A stretch of 64,000 bases of DNA from a virus. Below the pieces are notes generated by a model, which saw nothing but the letters and a program-made list of their open reading frames with translations, ran no database searches and had not been told where the DNA came from. This document shows, in pieces, positions 1 to 9,821 of this stretch (its first letter is position 1; each line of letters opens with the position of its first letter). The stretch is from positions 1 through 64,000 of the IMG/VR virus record IMGVR_UViG_3300027659_000027. The stretch is one strand, 5' to 3'. A program made the translations under genes and the position numbers.

Positions 1-391
1 ACAAACCATTGCGCCTTACAACCGCAAACGGTGGTTCCCTTTCTGGAAGTTCGCCAAGGGCAGAATACCACAGCATTTAGCCGGCAACCATGATGCAACA
101 TTGGGAGAAATTGAGCGCGCATCGAAGAACCAGCCAATTCAAGGTACTGGTGCTGACATGATGAAGCTCGCCATGGTAATGGTTCGTAAATGGATATACA
201 CAAATGAGTACCAAGACAGGATACGTATCGTAGCTCAGGTTCACGATCAGTTAACTACTATCTGTAATAAAGAAGTAGCCGAGATGTGGAAAACACAGTT
301 CGACCAACTGATGCAAGACGCAGCAAAAGTATTTATACCGAGTGGACTACTCAAAGCAGACACACAAATAACCCTTAACTGGACAAAGTAA
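1..391 (+). CDS. polA: Family A DNA polymerase, C-terminal fragment (5' end outside window)
   Basis: ERASKNQPIQGTGADMMK and motif C VAQVHDQL of Pol A; the frame is open from the window start. Confidence 0.9.
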   Translation, partial: QTIAPYNRKRWFPFWKFAKGRIPQHLAGNHDATLGEIERASKNQPIQGTGADMMKLAMVMVRKWIYTNEYQDRIRIVAQVHDQLTTICNKEVAEMWKTQFDQLMQDAAKVFIPSGLLKADTQITLNWTK

Positions 392-403
392 ACACACACA
401 CAC

Positions 404-763
404 ATGGATTACCAATCTTTCCCCACCCAAAAGTACGTGACCTGGACAATGAACTCATCTCCGAAAGTAAGTCACGATCAGGTTAAGTCATTAATATCAA
501 AGGTATGCGAAATGCCGTGGGATGAGGTGGAAATGAGGAGCCGAAAGCCACTGAGAGTGGAAGCCCGGTTCCTGTACTACTTCATCATGGTCAGCATCTT
601 CGACTTTTCCCACAAAGCAATCGGGAAGACTCTTGGACAAGACCACACCACAGTATTAAACGCATGCACCCAGGTAGTTAATAACCTGGAGTCCAAAGAC
701 CCGTCCTATGACGAGTTCAAGGGAAAATTTCACAAACTAAATTCACTCATCTACAAAAACTGA
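404..763 (+). CDS. Stand-alone DnaA C-terminal (domain IV)-like HTH DNA-binding protein
   Basis: SRKPLRVEAR...SHKAIGKTLGQDHTTVLNAC matches the DnaA domain IV signature (R-x-DHTTV). Confidence 0.8.
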   Translation: MDYQSFPTQKYVTWTMNSSPKVSHDQVKSLISKVCEMPWDEVEMRSRKPLRVEARFLYYFIMVSIFDFSHKAIGKTLGQDHTTVLNACTQVVNNLESKDPSYDEFKGKFHKLNSLIYKN

Positions 764-768
764 TCATT

Positions 769-1353
769 ATGAGCACAGTAACAACAGCCGCACACCCCGG
801 CATATTCAACAAGAGTGTAAGTAAAGAAGTAGCCTCATTTGTAACTACGGATATGATGCGAATACTATTTTTCTGTCGTATGGCTCAAACTCAGCTGTCA
901 AACATGGGGAAAGCAGACTTCTTAAACGAAGACTTAAAGAAAAGTGTTCACACTGCGGCAGAAACTCTTCGCCAGTTGGACATGAAAACACGGAGTAAAC
1001 TTGACCCTGCTCAAGCCAAATGGTTATCCGAAGAACTCAAAAAGGACAAGCTTGCAGACATCTGCAACCTGGTAGAACTTGGTGCACGAGTTTCCAATGA
1101 TGGAAACAACGAGGACTACGAAGGTTTAATGAGCATGATGACCAATTTCCTCGACAGGACTGTACACCTGCAATCTCAAAAGAAGAAGATCAACACTTTT
1201 AAGTACGCTGCCATATTTCGCTTCCTTACAGAAGAGATGAGGGCAGAAGCAGAGGGTGGTATTACAGCAGTTGAGTACAACCCTTCTACTGACTCTCTCT
1301 CTTTCTTGCTGGTACAGCCAGATGCACAAATACCGGCTAAACCTGCCAATTAA
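769..1353 (+). CDS. Hypothetical protein
   Basis: 194-aa ORF tightly packed in the + strand operon. Confidence 0.75.
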   Translation: MSTVTTAAHPGIFNKSVSKEVASFVTTDMMRILFFCRMAQTQLSNMGKADFLNEDLKKSVHTAAETLRQLDMKTRSKLDPAQAKWLSEELKKDKLADICNLVELGARVSNDGNNEDYEGLMSMMTNFLDRTVHLQSQKKKINTFKYAAIFRFLTEEMRAEAEGGITAVEYNPSTDSLSFLLVQPDAQIPAKPAN

Positions 1354-1383
1354 TTAACCGCTGAAAGGCACAAAGCATACATA

Positions 1384-2940
1384 ATGCAAGATACTCTTGA
1401 CAGATTAAAAGAGGATCAGCGTGTGGTATTTCCCGCGCTGGCCCGCTTCTGCCTTGGACCCAAATGGAACCCAAATGTAGAAGTAGAAGAAAGGGAAGAA
1501 GACCACGGTATTCTGAACCTGGGGAGAGATTACGACACTGATGTAGCCTTCATGGTGCAGAAGAAAGTCGTACTCCCAGAGTCAGTAACCATGATGGATG
1601 ACTTCGAGATGGTACTATTAGACGGGTTTGCAGGTACAGGAAAGACCACTACCATCAACCGGTTAGTGGAGTACTGTAACCAGTACAACCCACAGATCAA
1701 GTTCGCCATGACAGCACCAACGAATAAGGCTTTACGCATCTTGAAGAAGTCCAGCGAGTGCAAAGTAGCACTGGAGTTCTGTACCATTCACTCCTTACTG
1801 GGATTGAAAGAGAGCAGAAACAACTATACCGGGGAGCGTACGTTCGTTCCCGATATTTACCTCAATCAGCAGCGTATACAGAAGATCAACGTGCTGATAA
1901 TGGATGAGACCTCACAGATGAAAAAGGACATCTTCAAGTACTTATTACCACACCTGCAAAACGGGTTGAAGATCATCTTCCTTGGTGACGATAAGCAGAT
2001 ACCACCGGTTGGTGAGGTACAATCAGTACCATTTCTGGTAACTATGCGTCGTAAGCACAACATCCACAGGTTGACCCTTACCAAGATACATCGTACTGCA
2101 GAAGACAACCCAATACTTGGATATGCCGCTGCTATACGCGATCAAGTAGATAAGGCTTACGTAAACTACGACCTGTCCGGTAAAGACCATGGCGAAACAG
2201 GCATTCAATTGCTTGGTACCAACCTGTCCGTATTGGAGCCTATATTCCAGAAGTACTTTTGCTGTGATGAGTTCAAAGCTGACAGTGACCACATGAAAGT
2301 GGTGTGCTGGCGCAACTCCACAGCTAACTACTTCAACCGAATAATACGTAAGCTGGTGTTCAGCCAGAACAAACCCGCCAAGATTATGGTAGGGGAAAAG
2401 CTTATCGCTGAGCATTCAATATTCAGGTGGTCAGGTAAAGGTAAGTGGGAAATCTCATTCACTACCAACGAAGAGTTGGAGGTGATAAGCCTTACCCACA
2501 GCACAAAGTCGGTTGGGTACTTTGTACGCCGCATTGACGGAAAGTTTGACCGGGAAGAGCGCACGTTCAACGTGTACAATGCCCGTGTTACTGTACCAGG
2601 CAGCGAAGCTAAGGATGAGGATATTATTGACATCATCCACGAGGACTCAGACGATGCTTATCGTGAGTTCATCCAAAAGTTTGCTGACGATGCCCTCAAA
2701 ACAAAGGACAGGGATGAGCGCAAGAATCTGTGGAAGAACCACTACGATTGCCAGAAGCCATTTGCCGACGTCGGGTACAACTACTGCATCACTGCCCACA
2801 AAGCTCAAGGCAGTAGCTACAACTATGTACTTGTACATGAGTGGGACATTGACGCCAGCACCGATTATACGGAGCGTAACCGAATTCGTTACGTAGCCGT
2901 AACCAGAGCTCGAAACAAGCTCTTCATTGTAAAACAATAG
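1384..2940 (+). CDS. SF1B helicase (Dda/RecD2-like)
   Basis: GFAGTGKT Walker A, TAPTNKA, MDETS, GDDKQIPPV, TAHKAQGSSY, YVAVTRAR. Confidence 0.92.
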   Translation: MQDTLDRLKEDQRVVFPALARFCLGPKWNPNVEVEEREEDHGILNLGRDYDTDVAFMVQKKVVLPESVTMMDDFEMVLLDGFAGTGKTTTINRLVEYCNQYNPQIKFAMTAPTNKALRILKKSSECKVALEFCTIHSLLGLKESRNNYTGERTFVPDIYLNQQRIQKINVLIMDETSQMKKDIFKYLLPHLQNGLKIIFLGDDKQIPPVGEVQSVPFLVTMRRKHNIHRLTLTKIHRTAEDNPILGYAAAIRDQVDKAYVNYDLSGKDHGETGIQLLGTNLSVLEPIFQKYFCCDEFKADSDHMKVVCWRNSTANYFNRIIRKLVFSQNKPAKIMVGEKLIAEHSIFRWSGKGKWEISFTTNEELEVISLTHSTKSVGYFVRRIDGKFDREERTFNVYNARVTVPGSEAKDEDIIDIIHEDSDDAYREFIQKFADDALKTKDRDERKNLWKNHYDCQKPFADVGYNYCITAHKAQGSSYNYVLVHEWDIDASTDYTERNRIRYVAVTRARNKLFIVKQ

Positions 2941-2944
2941 TACT

Positions 2945-3157
2945 ATGAAAGCACTAACACTGGCAGACGCCACAGAAAAGTTCCTGATGTACACAACAAG
3001 TACCAGGACACTCTTAATGAAAATGGACGTACAACCGGACTCCAAGTTCGATATTGACATTGTCAAGCACTGTTATGGCAGACGTATGAGCTCCATGGAG
3101 TGCGCTGATGTTATAAAGCTGTCCCTCGGACTGAAAAAGGAGGAGGTGGCAGCATGA
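2945..3157 (+). CDS. Small hypothetical protein
   Basis: 70-aa ORF with ATGA overlap into the next gene. Confidence 0.65.
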   Translation: MKALTLADATEKFLMYTTSTRTLLMKMDVQPDSKFDIDIVKHCYGRRMSSMECADVIKLSLGLKKEEVAA

Positions 3158-4368
3158 TAACAGACGAACAAGCACTGGCTAACAAGATCAGAGTGCAGGC
3201 AGAGGGGGTAGCTGCGTGGATTGCTAACGGATACCGGGGAACTCTTGAATGGGCAACCGGTGTTGGTAAATCACGCGGCTCAATCCTGTGCATTGAACAT
3301 CTACGTGATGTAGTGTTTAACATTGATGGTCACCTGTGTAAAGGATTACTCGTTGTACCAACTGAGGAGATGAGAGATGTAGATTGGCCGGCAGAGTTTG
3401 AGAAGTGGGGCTGCTCAATGGACAATCTGAAACTGGTATGCTATGCATCACTGGCAAAGGAAGACCTGAGTAAGTACGACTACATCATCTACGACGAGTG
3501 TCACCGGCTAACTGTACACAACCTGCAAAGGCTGTACGAGTTCAAAGGTCCGGCTCTCGGACTTACAGCCACATTCCCCGACTCTCAGTGGGACAAGGAT
3601 CAGGAACGTGTGCTGTTGATACGGGAATTGTTACCACCGGTGCACACCATCACAACTGATGAAGCAGTAGATCTCGGGCTCATATCCGATTTTGAGGTAA
3701 TGGTTCTTAAGTTTCACTTATGCAACACCCACAAAGTGTTACCTGGTGGAACTAAGAAGAAGTCATTTCTTACAACAGAGAAAGCTCGTTACACTTATCT
3801 GACAAGAGTACTGCAAATGGCTATGATGAAGAAGATAGAGGGCATGAAGTTTGGTGCAATTTCCAAGCGCATGCAATTCCTGTATAATCTTCCATCCAAG
3901 CTTAGACTTGCAGAGCAATGCCTTGATCGGTTTCGAGCTGAAGAGCCACGCAAACGAACACTTGTACTGTGTGGTAGTATTGATCAGGCTAACCAGCTCT
4001 GTGGGGAAAATGTATTTCACTCAGAGTCTAACAGTTTAGCTCTGGACAGGTTTCAGAACGAAGAAATACACGAGTTGGCCGCTGTTAAAGCACTCAACGA
4101 AGGTAAGAACCTGGTGAACCTGGAGCAAGAGCTCATCATACAGGTTGACTCTCAGGAACGCAACCTTGTGCAACGCATTGGAAGAACAGTACGTAAGCGT
4201 ATCGGTAACCCGGAATTCAAAGCGCGTGTAGTCATACTCGTTGCCTTGTCTACTGCTGACGATAACTGGTACAAAGAGGCCATCAAAGGCTTCCATTCCA
4301 AGCGCATCAAAGAGTACGTTGTACGGGTGCCGGATGTTAAGAAGTCAGAGAAATTAGTACAAGTATAA
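3154..4368 (+). CDS. SF2 DExH helicase (ResIII/UvsW-like)
   Basis: ATGVGKS, DECH, GLTAT, LNEGKNL, QRIGRTVR. Confidence 0.9.
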   Translation: MITDEQALANKIRVQAEGVAAWIANGYRGTLEWATGVGKSRGSILCIEHLRDVVFNIDGHLCKGLLVVPTEEMRDVDWPAEFEKWGCSMDNLKLVCYASLAKEDLSKYDYIIYDECHRLTVHNLQRLYEFKGPALGLTATFPDSQWDKDQERVLLIRELLPPVHTITTDEAVDLGLISDFEVMVLKFHLCNTHKVLPGGTKKKSFLTTEKARYTYLTRVLQMAMMKKIEGMKFGAISKRMQFLYNLPSKLRLAEQCLDRFRAEEPRKRTLVLCGSIDQANQLCGENVFHSESNSLALDRFQNEEIHELAAVKALNEGKNLVNLEQELIIQVDSQERNLVQRIGRTVRKRIGNPEFKARVVILVALSTADDNWYKEAIKGFHSKRIKEYVVRVPDVKKSEKLVQV

Positions 4369-4372
4369 ACCC

Positions 4373-4380
4373 TATTTTCG
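4373..4380 (+). promoter_or_regulatory. Possible Bacteroidota primary-sigma -7 element (TATTTTCG)
   Basis: Matches TAnnTT(T/C)G in the intergenic gap 20 nt before ATG 4401; no clear -33 element. Confidence 0.4.
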
Positions 4381-4400
4381 CATCCCCTCAAGCAACAAAC

Positions 4401-4973
4401 ATGGAACTCAGCAAAGTGATGGAATGGCTGCTGACAGAGGGTTTCGTGACGGTTCACAAAGGTAAACCAAAGTTCACGTCGCTATTTCAGAAGTCATACA
4501 ACGGTGTAGAGAAAGGTCTCACACAAATCGGTACAGTTATAGAGCCGGGTCTACCCGCACTACAGATCGCGAATCGCGAATTGATAGTAGCAACAAAGGC
4601 AAACTACTCGCTCTACAAGTATCAGGATTGGAACAAACTATTCATGCAGTTTATAGAGGAGGCGAAAGTCCCTCGCATCTGCCGCAACGCACAAGGAGAA
4701 GCGTACGCCACTAACAAATTCAATGAAGATGCCCTCAAGGTATTCACCAGAGCCCTTAAAGTTCTGGGGGCAGACTACCTGACCTTAGTAAGGAGTACCA
4801 CTTTGTACTACAAGAGCAGTACCAGATACAAGAAAGCAGTAGGCAACTACTTCGCCCACGGAGACTGGCAAACAGATTACATAGCACTGGCGAATAACGA
4901 AACGCCGGAGCAATTAGCTCAGCACATTAAAACCGAAACCAAACGTGAGTACAACCCAATTCGCATTGGATAG
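4401..4973 (+). CDS. Hypothetical replication-module protein (possible helicase loader/initiator)
   Basis: 190-aa ORF overlapping the start of the DnaB-like gene; function inferred from position only. Confidence 0.6.
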   Translation: MELSKVMEWLLTEGFVTVHKGKPKFTSLFQKSYNGVEKGLTQIGTVIEPGLPALQIANRELIVATKANYSLYKYQDWNKLFMQFIEEAKVPRICRNAQGEAYATNKFNEDALKVFTRALKVLGADYLTLVRSTTLYYKSSTRYKKAVGNYFAHGDWQTDYIALANNETPEQLAQHIKTETKREYNPIRIG

Positions 4974-6228
4974 CATTGAAGAAGCCGAAGTGGTGGAACT
5001 CATAGAGCCTATCGAAGAAGTCGAGGACGAGTCCTGCCCTCCCGGTGTTGATCCGGCGTTATGGGAAACATGGAAAAGCGAATCCACCCGAAAAGATGAC
5101 GAATTCCTCTCTACGCTTAAACGTGGTATGGAAGGTCATAACATTGGGCTTGGTAACGGCCTTGCTGCTATTAATACTTACATCTACGGTACCCATAAAG
5201 CGAGGTATTACCTCATCGGTGGTGAAAGTGGTAGTGGTAAGACTACCATGGCAGATTTCATGTATGTATTCAACGCATGGAGTAGCGCTAAGGAGTTGAA
5301 CCGTCCTATTAAGATCTTCTACTTCTCCTTTGAGGTAAGCAAGAAAGCCAAACTTTTCAAATGGTGCTCCCACTTCATTTTCATGAAGCATGGCTTACGC
5401 CTGCACGCTGACTACCTGCAAGGACTGGTTAACGGTAACCTGGTGTCCAAAGAGCATGCTGTTCTGGCTATTGAGGCCTACGGTATGGTTAAGGAGATGA
5501 TGAAAGACGTACACGTAACAGAGCACGTACTTCATCCGACCAAGATATTTGAGACCATGGTAGAAGAGCACTTTGCCAAGCATGGTATTTTGACCAGATC
5601 AACACCAACTGTTGAGCAGCTTAAGAAGAACCCCAAGTTAAAAGGATTTGTAACCGGTTATAAGGAAAACAATCCAGACCTGGTAACATTGATAGTACTG
5701 GATCACATGGCGCTTACAGCTTCAGAGCTTGGCCTTGATACCAAAGGTACTATGGACAAGCTAAGCAAGTACTGCATAGTAATGCGGAACTTATTCTACG
5801 CCACTCCTATCATTCTTCAGCAGTTCTCTACCGACATGATGTCCACTTACAGGGACAACTTTGGTAAGAAGAATGATGCAGCCATAACACCAACAAGATT
5901 AGACTTTGGTGACAGTAAGTCAACTTTCAGGGATGCCTGCGTAGTACTGGGTATTGTAAAACCACAATCTCAGATCTCTACCGGGTTATTCTACGACTAC
6001 AACGTAAGCAAAGAGGATGGACTTGGCGACTATTTCACCGCCTTGTACTTAATGAAGAACAGGTACGGCCCATCCAACAGGATGATGCCATTGTTCCTCG
6101 ACTTTATTGCCGGCGTTGCCTACGACCTGCCCAAAGATCCCAACAACCACTTCCTAATGGAACCGTGGTTTGAACAAGCTAAACAATTAGAACAGATATG
6201 CCTACAGTACTCCCCAAAACAAGGGTAG
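4945..6228 (+). CDS. dnaB: DnaB-like replicative helicase
   Basis: GGESGSGKTT Walker A, FSFE, LIVLDH Walker B, ILQQ, MKNRYG arginine finger. Confidence 0.88.
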   Translation: MSTTQFALDSIEEAEVVELIEPIEEVEDESCPPGVDPALWETWKSESTRKDDEFLSTLKRGMEGHNIGLGNGLAAINTYIYGTHKARYYLIGGESGSGKTTMADFMYVFNAWSSAKELNRPIKIFYFSFEVSKKAKLFKWCSHFIFMKHGLRLHADYLQGLVNGNLVSKEHAVLAIEAYGMVKEMMKDVHVTEHVLHPTKIFETMVEEHFAKHGILTRSTPTVEQLKKNPKLKGFVTGYKENNPDLVTLIVLDHMALTASELGLDTKGTMDKLSKYCIVMRNLFYATPIILQQFSTDMMSTYRDNFGKKNDAAITPTRLDFGDSKSTFRDACVVLGIVKPQSQISTGLFYDYNVSKEDGLGDYFTALYLMKNRYGPSNRMMPLFLDFIAGVAYDLPKDPNNHFLMEPWFEQAKQLEQICLQYSPKQG

Positions 6229-6932
6229 CAGCTACACGGATTAATCCGAAGATACTGTTACTCTACAGTCTACCCAAAGTGGGTAAGACCTCATCGCTGG
6301 CTGAGCTGGACGACTGTCTAATACTTGACTGTGAGGGAGGAGCCGATATGTATAATGCATTGAAGACTCCTATCAACTCAGTGAAGGATATAGACGATCT
6401 GATCACAGCCATCATAGCAGATGGAACAGCAAACGGTGGTAAGTACCCTTACAAGTACCTGGCCATCGACACCATTGACAAGCTGGAGGACTTCTGTGAA
6501 AAGAGTGCTACAGCCAAGTTCAAGAGAACCACTATCGGAGCCAACTTTACCGGCGACTCCGTACTCGACCTGCCGAAAGGTGGTGGTTACTATCACCTGC
6601 GTAATGAGGTGATACTTCAGATCGAGCGTCTGGCCCGTGTGTGTCCTTACCTTATCCTCATCTCCCACGTAAAGGAAAAGCTCCTTGACAAAGGTGGTGT
6701 AGAGGTAACTGCAAGGGACATTTCGCTGGCCGGAAAGCTTAGCCAGATTGTCTGTGCCAAAGTAGATGGGATCGGTTACATGTACAGGGATAACGATGAG
6801 CTTATGGTAAACTTCGAGACATACGAAGGTGCTGTAATGGGCTCTCGCTTCCCACATTTAGCCGGCAAGAAATTTAAGTTCGACTGGAGCAAGATCTACC
6901 TCACTGAGGAGACCGCTGCAGTGCCAGCTTAA
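6198..6932 (+). CDS. AAA ATPase, Sak4/AAA_24-like recombination protein
   Basis: LYSLPKVGKT, ILDCEGG, LAIDTID, LISH motifs. Confidence 0.82.
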   Translation: MPTVLPKTRVAATRINPKILLLYSLPKVGKTSSLAELDDCLILDCEGGADMYNALKTPINSVKDIDDLITAIIADGTANGGKYPYKYLAIDTIDKLEDFCEKSATAKFKRTTIGANFTGDSVLDLPKGGGYYHLRNEVILQIERLARVCPYLILISHVKEKLLDKGGVEVTARDISLAGKLSQIVCAKVDGIGYMYRDNDELMVNFETYEGAVMGSRFPHLAGKKFKFDWSKIYLTEETAAVPA

Positions 6933-6989
6933 ACAATCCGTATTCGGTGAGGGTAACGGCTCACCACCAAATGTCTAAAAACGACAAAG

Positions 6990-7805
6990 ATGACACCAAC
7001 AACAAAGCCGAATTTCATGAGCTTCCTGAGCAACGTGACTATCGAGAACGCAGAAAAGTCAACCCGTATTGGTGTTGGCAAAAAGCAACGCAACCCGGCC
7101 CCGGAATTCTTAGGGTTCAGGTTATGGTCTGATGGTTCTGTTTACCCTTCACAATCTATGACCGACACATTCGGCTTAGAGTATCCTGCAGCTACTGTTT
7201 CAGTGGTACAGAAAGAAGGTAAGGACAAGAACGTGTACACAGTAATCGGAAGCAAAGGAACCGGCCTGGACATCGTTGATACCCGTAAATGGGCTCAGAT
7301 GAAAGGAGCTGCACAAGGATTTATTGCTGCAGCATTCTCCCCAAAGGACTCACCAAAGATTGATCTGTTCGGATTGACCAGATACAGTGATAAAGTTGAA
7401 ACCCTTGGCCAACCATTGGTATCAGTTATGGAGCAGGGATCTGCAACATACGGTAAAGAAACTCTGTTGCCGTTGGTGAAAGAGCTTTACGGAGCTGAGC
7501 CAAACGAAGAAGGCTTCATTGACATGCAGGTTATCACAGTGGAAGCTGGCGGTATCAACCTGAGAAGTGCCAATGGCTTTGAATTGCTGCCAAAGGTTAT
7601 CAGCCGTGGAGCAGATGCAGGTAAGGATGACTACTCTCGCAGAGAGAACGTGGACATCTTCATGCTGTACCCTGTAATGGCTGAAGCTGTTACTGAAACC
7701 ATTGCCTCTGAAGTTGACCCTAACCAGTTAGCCATGGAGTTACCGGACGCACCGCCAGTTGTATTCACTCAAGCAGTAGATACTGCTGTAGTGGCAGAAG
7801 TTTAA
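6990..7805 (+). CDS. Hypothetical protein with acidic C-terminal tail
   Basis: 271-aa ORF followed by a terminator hairpin. Confidence 0.75.
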   Translation: MTPTTKPNFMSFLSNVTIENAEKSTRIGVGKKQRNPAPEFLGFRLWSDGSVYPSQSMTDTFGLEYPAATVSVVQKEGKDKNVYTVIGSKGTGLDIVDTRKWAQMKGAAQGFIAAAFSPKDSPKIDLFGLTRYSDKVETLGQPLVSVMEQGSATYGKETLLPLVKELYGAEPNEEGFIDMQVITVEAGGINLRSANGFELLPKVISRGADAGKDDYSRRENVDIFMLYPVMAEAVTETIASEVDPNQLAMELPDAPPVVFTQAVDTAVVAEV

Positions 7806-7834
7806 AGTAATACACTTTAACATCCAGAATCATA

Positions 7835-7865
7835 AGGAGTCCGTAACCAACCGGGCTCCTATTTT
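7835..7865 (+). terminator. Probable intrinsic terminator
   Basis: AGGAGTCCG...CGGGCTCCT stem followed by ATTTT. Confidence 0.6.
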
Positions 7866-7889
7866 ACACCGTAATAAACACAACCAGAT

Positions 7890-8633
7890 ATGAGTACAAT
7901 ATCCGTAGGGATTAATGAGAACGTGGTTATCAGCAAAGTTGAGATCACAGATCCGGTAAAAGGCGTATTGGCTTTTACCTTCCGCGCTGCAGAGTCAGGC
8001 GAAAAAGCTTTACCAGTAGATGCATTTACCGCTCTTGGCGGAGATGGCTATGCTGAAACCGGCAATGGTAGCGGTCTGACTATCAGATTGTTTCCACCGT
8101 TGGCCCCATTTGATCAGAGCAGTGATGGCAAACCAATCTCTGCAGCTGACCAGCAAAAGGCAGCGGGAGACAGCATTGGCGAGAAGAAGAACCTGTTGTT
8201 CCAGATCCTCACCTGCTTTATGACCAGCGACAAAGCTAAGCTGGACATGTACCGTGGTACCGGATTAACTGGAGAGAACTTCCCGACACGCATCGTGCAG
8301 GAGGCTACTTTACAGCAGCTGTTTAAGAACCTGGCCGAAGACTTCGTGAGGTTGATAACTCCTTCTTTGGACAACGACGCCACGCCTGTAAGGTTGTTGC
8401 TGGTTTGCCAGAGCAAGACCAAGAACTTTGCCGATTTTCGTCAGAAGTTTGTAAGGGATAATCCCATCATTGAACCAATGCAGATCCCGGTAGCTTCCTC
8501 GAAATTGAAGTTTACCAAGCATGAGATTACTAATGGCCTTAATGACGCAGCTCCTAAAGGAGTTTCTGCAGCTGACGTTGCAGCAGAAGCATCAGAAACT
8601 TTATCTGCGGAAGCAGTATTTAATCAGGCTTAA
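7890..8633 (+). CDS. Putative single-stranded DNA-binding protein
   Basis: Located between the Sak4-like ATPase region and primase; beta-rich N-terminus, acidic low-complexity tail ending in an aromatic residue (AVFNQA). Confidence 0.5.
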   Translation: MSTISVGINENVVISKVEITDPVKGVLAFTFRAAESGEKALPVDAFTALGGDGYAETGNGSGLTIRLFPPLAPFDQSSDGKPISAADQQKAAGDSIGEKKNLLFQILTCFMTSDKAKLDMYRGTGLTGENFPTRIVQEATLQQLFKNLAEDFVRLITPSLDNDATPVRLLLVCQSKTKNFADFRQKFVRDNPIIEPMQIPVASSKLKFTKHEITNGLNDAAPKGVSAADVAAEASETLSAEAVFNQA

Positions 8634-8642
8634 TACCGACAA

Positions 8643-9608
8643 ATGACAGATAATCCACTGGACAGTCTGCTATTTGACGAGACCGATGTGTTAGAGCGAG
8701 TAGATGAATACTCGCTCTACTGTCGGTATCTTAAGTATGAACCATTGATTGGGGGGAAGTACCGTTCGCCAATCAGGCCCAACGATGACGACCCAAGCTT
8801 TGGTATCTATGAGCGTAAGTATGGACACGGGGCAAACGAATTTCTATGGAAGGATCAGGCAGCAGGTATTCACGGAGACATTTTCGACCTGGTAGCACGT
8901 ATCTACAATATAACCAAGTACCAGGCAGTACGTCAGATTTGCAGCGATGTAAACATGATGGGCACTGATCACGGCGCACCACAGCTTGTGGAGTATGAGC
9001 CGCAGTACACCAGTGACATAAATATCCGGATACTTAGTCGCAAGATGAACTACCGGGACATCACTTACTGGAACAGGTACAATGTAGACGCCAAGCTGCT
9101 AAAGGACTACAACGTGACAGCATTACAGAACTATTGGCTTGTACTTGATCAGCAGTACCCATCATACCCTAAAGGGTTGGGCTTTGCTTACAGGATATGG
9201 GACAAGTACCAATTGTACTTTCCCAACCAGGAGAAGGCAAAGAAGTTTCGCAATAACTGGACTGACATCTGTGTACCGGGGTTTCTGCAACTTAGATACA
9301 ACAGCCCGCTGTGTATCGTCACTAAGGCCTACAAGGACGTTATGTTCTTGCGAAGCCTCGGCTATGAAGCAGTAGCACCCAAGTCTGAAACAACCATGCT
9401 TCCCGAGCTGTGCATATCGCATTTGCAGAAAAAGTACACAAGAATTGTAACCCTATTTGATAACGACGGCAAGCATAAAGCTAAGGAGTACCCTTTCGAG
9501 GAACTCCATGTGCCGCTTGAATCTGAGACCAAAGACCCCACAGATTTCTGTGACAGGTACGGTGTACAGGCTTCAGCGGAAATGCTCACCACAATATTAA
9601 CACCATGA
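8643..9608 (+). CDS. dnaG: DNA primase (crAss-type DnaG/TOPRIM)
   Basis: SPIRPNDDDPSF...WKD N-terminal region; TKAYKDVM, APKSE, LFDND, KDPTD TOPRIM motifs. Confidence 0.88.
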   Translation: MTDNPLDSLLFDETDVLERVDEYSLYCRYLKYEPLIGGKYRSPIRPNDDDPSFGIYERKYGHGANEFLWKDQAAGIHGDIFDLVARIYNITKYQAVRQICSDVNMMGTDHGAPQLVEYEPQYTSDINIRILSRKMNYRDITYWNRYNVDAKLLKDYNVTALQNYWLVLDQQYPSYPKGLGFAYRIWDKYQLYFPNQEKAKKFRNNWTDICVPGFLQLRYNSPLCIVTKAYKDVMFLRSLGYEAVAPKSETTMLPELCISHLQKKYTRIVTLFDNDGKHKAKEYPFEELHVPLESETKDPTDFCDRYGVQASAEMLTTILTP

Positions 9609-9820
9609 GCCCATTTGCAAAGGCTGAAAAAGAACTGGAGGAGAGGTACCTGGATAAATTCGTCCACTACACTCCGATAGGCAAACCAGAGATATATGGA
9701 CGTGTCGACCGTATAGCCGTGGATAACTCTAAAAAGCAGTGGGTGGTTATCATCTTTGTAGATGGTAAGAAGTACACTGAGGAGATTGAATCATTCGACA
9801 CACTAATAGAACTCATTTAA
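9605..9820 (+). CDS. Small hypothetical protein (SH3-like beta fold)
   Basis: 71-aa ORF with ATGA overlap with primase. Confidence 0.65.
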   Translation: MSPFAKAEKELEERYLDKFVHYTPIGKPEIYGRVDRIAVDNSKKQWVVIIFVDGKKYTEEIESFDTLIELI

Positions 9821-9821
9821 C

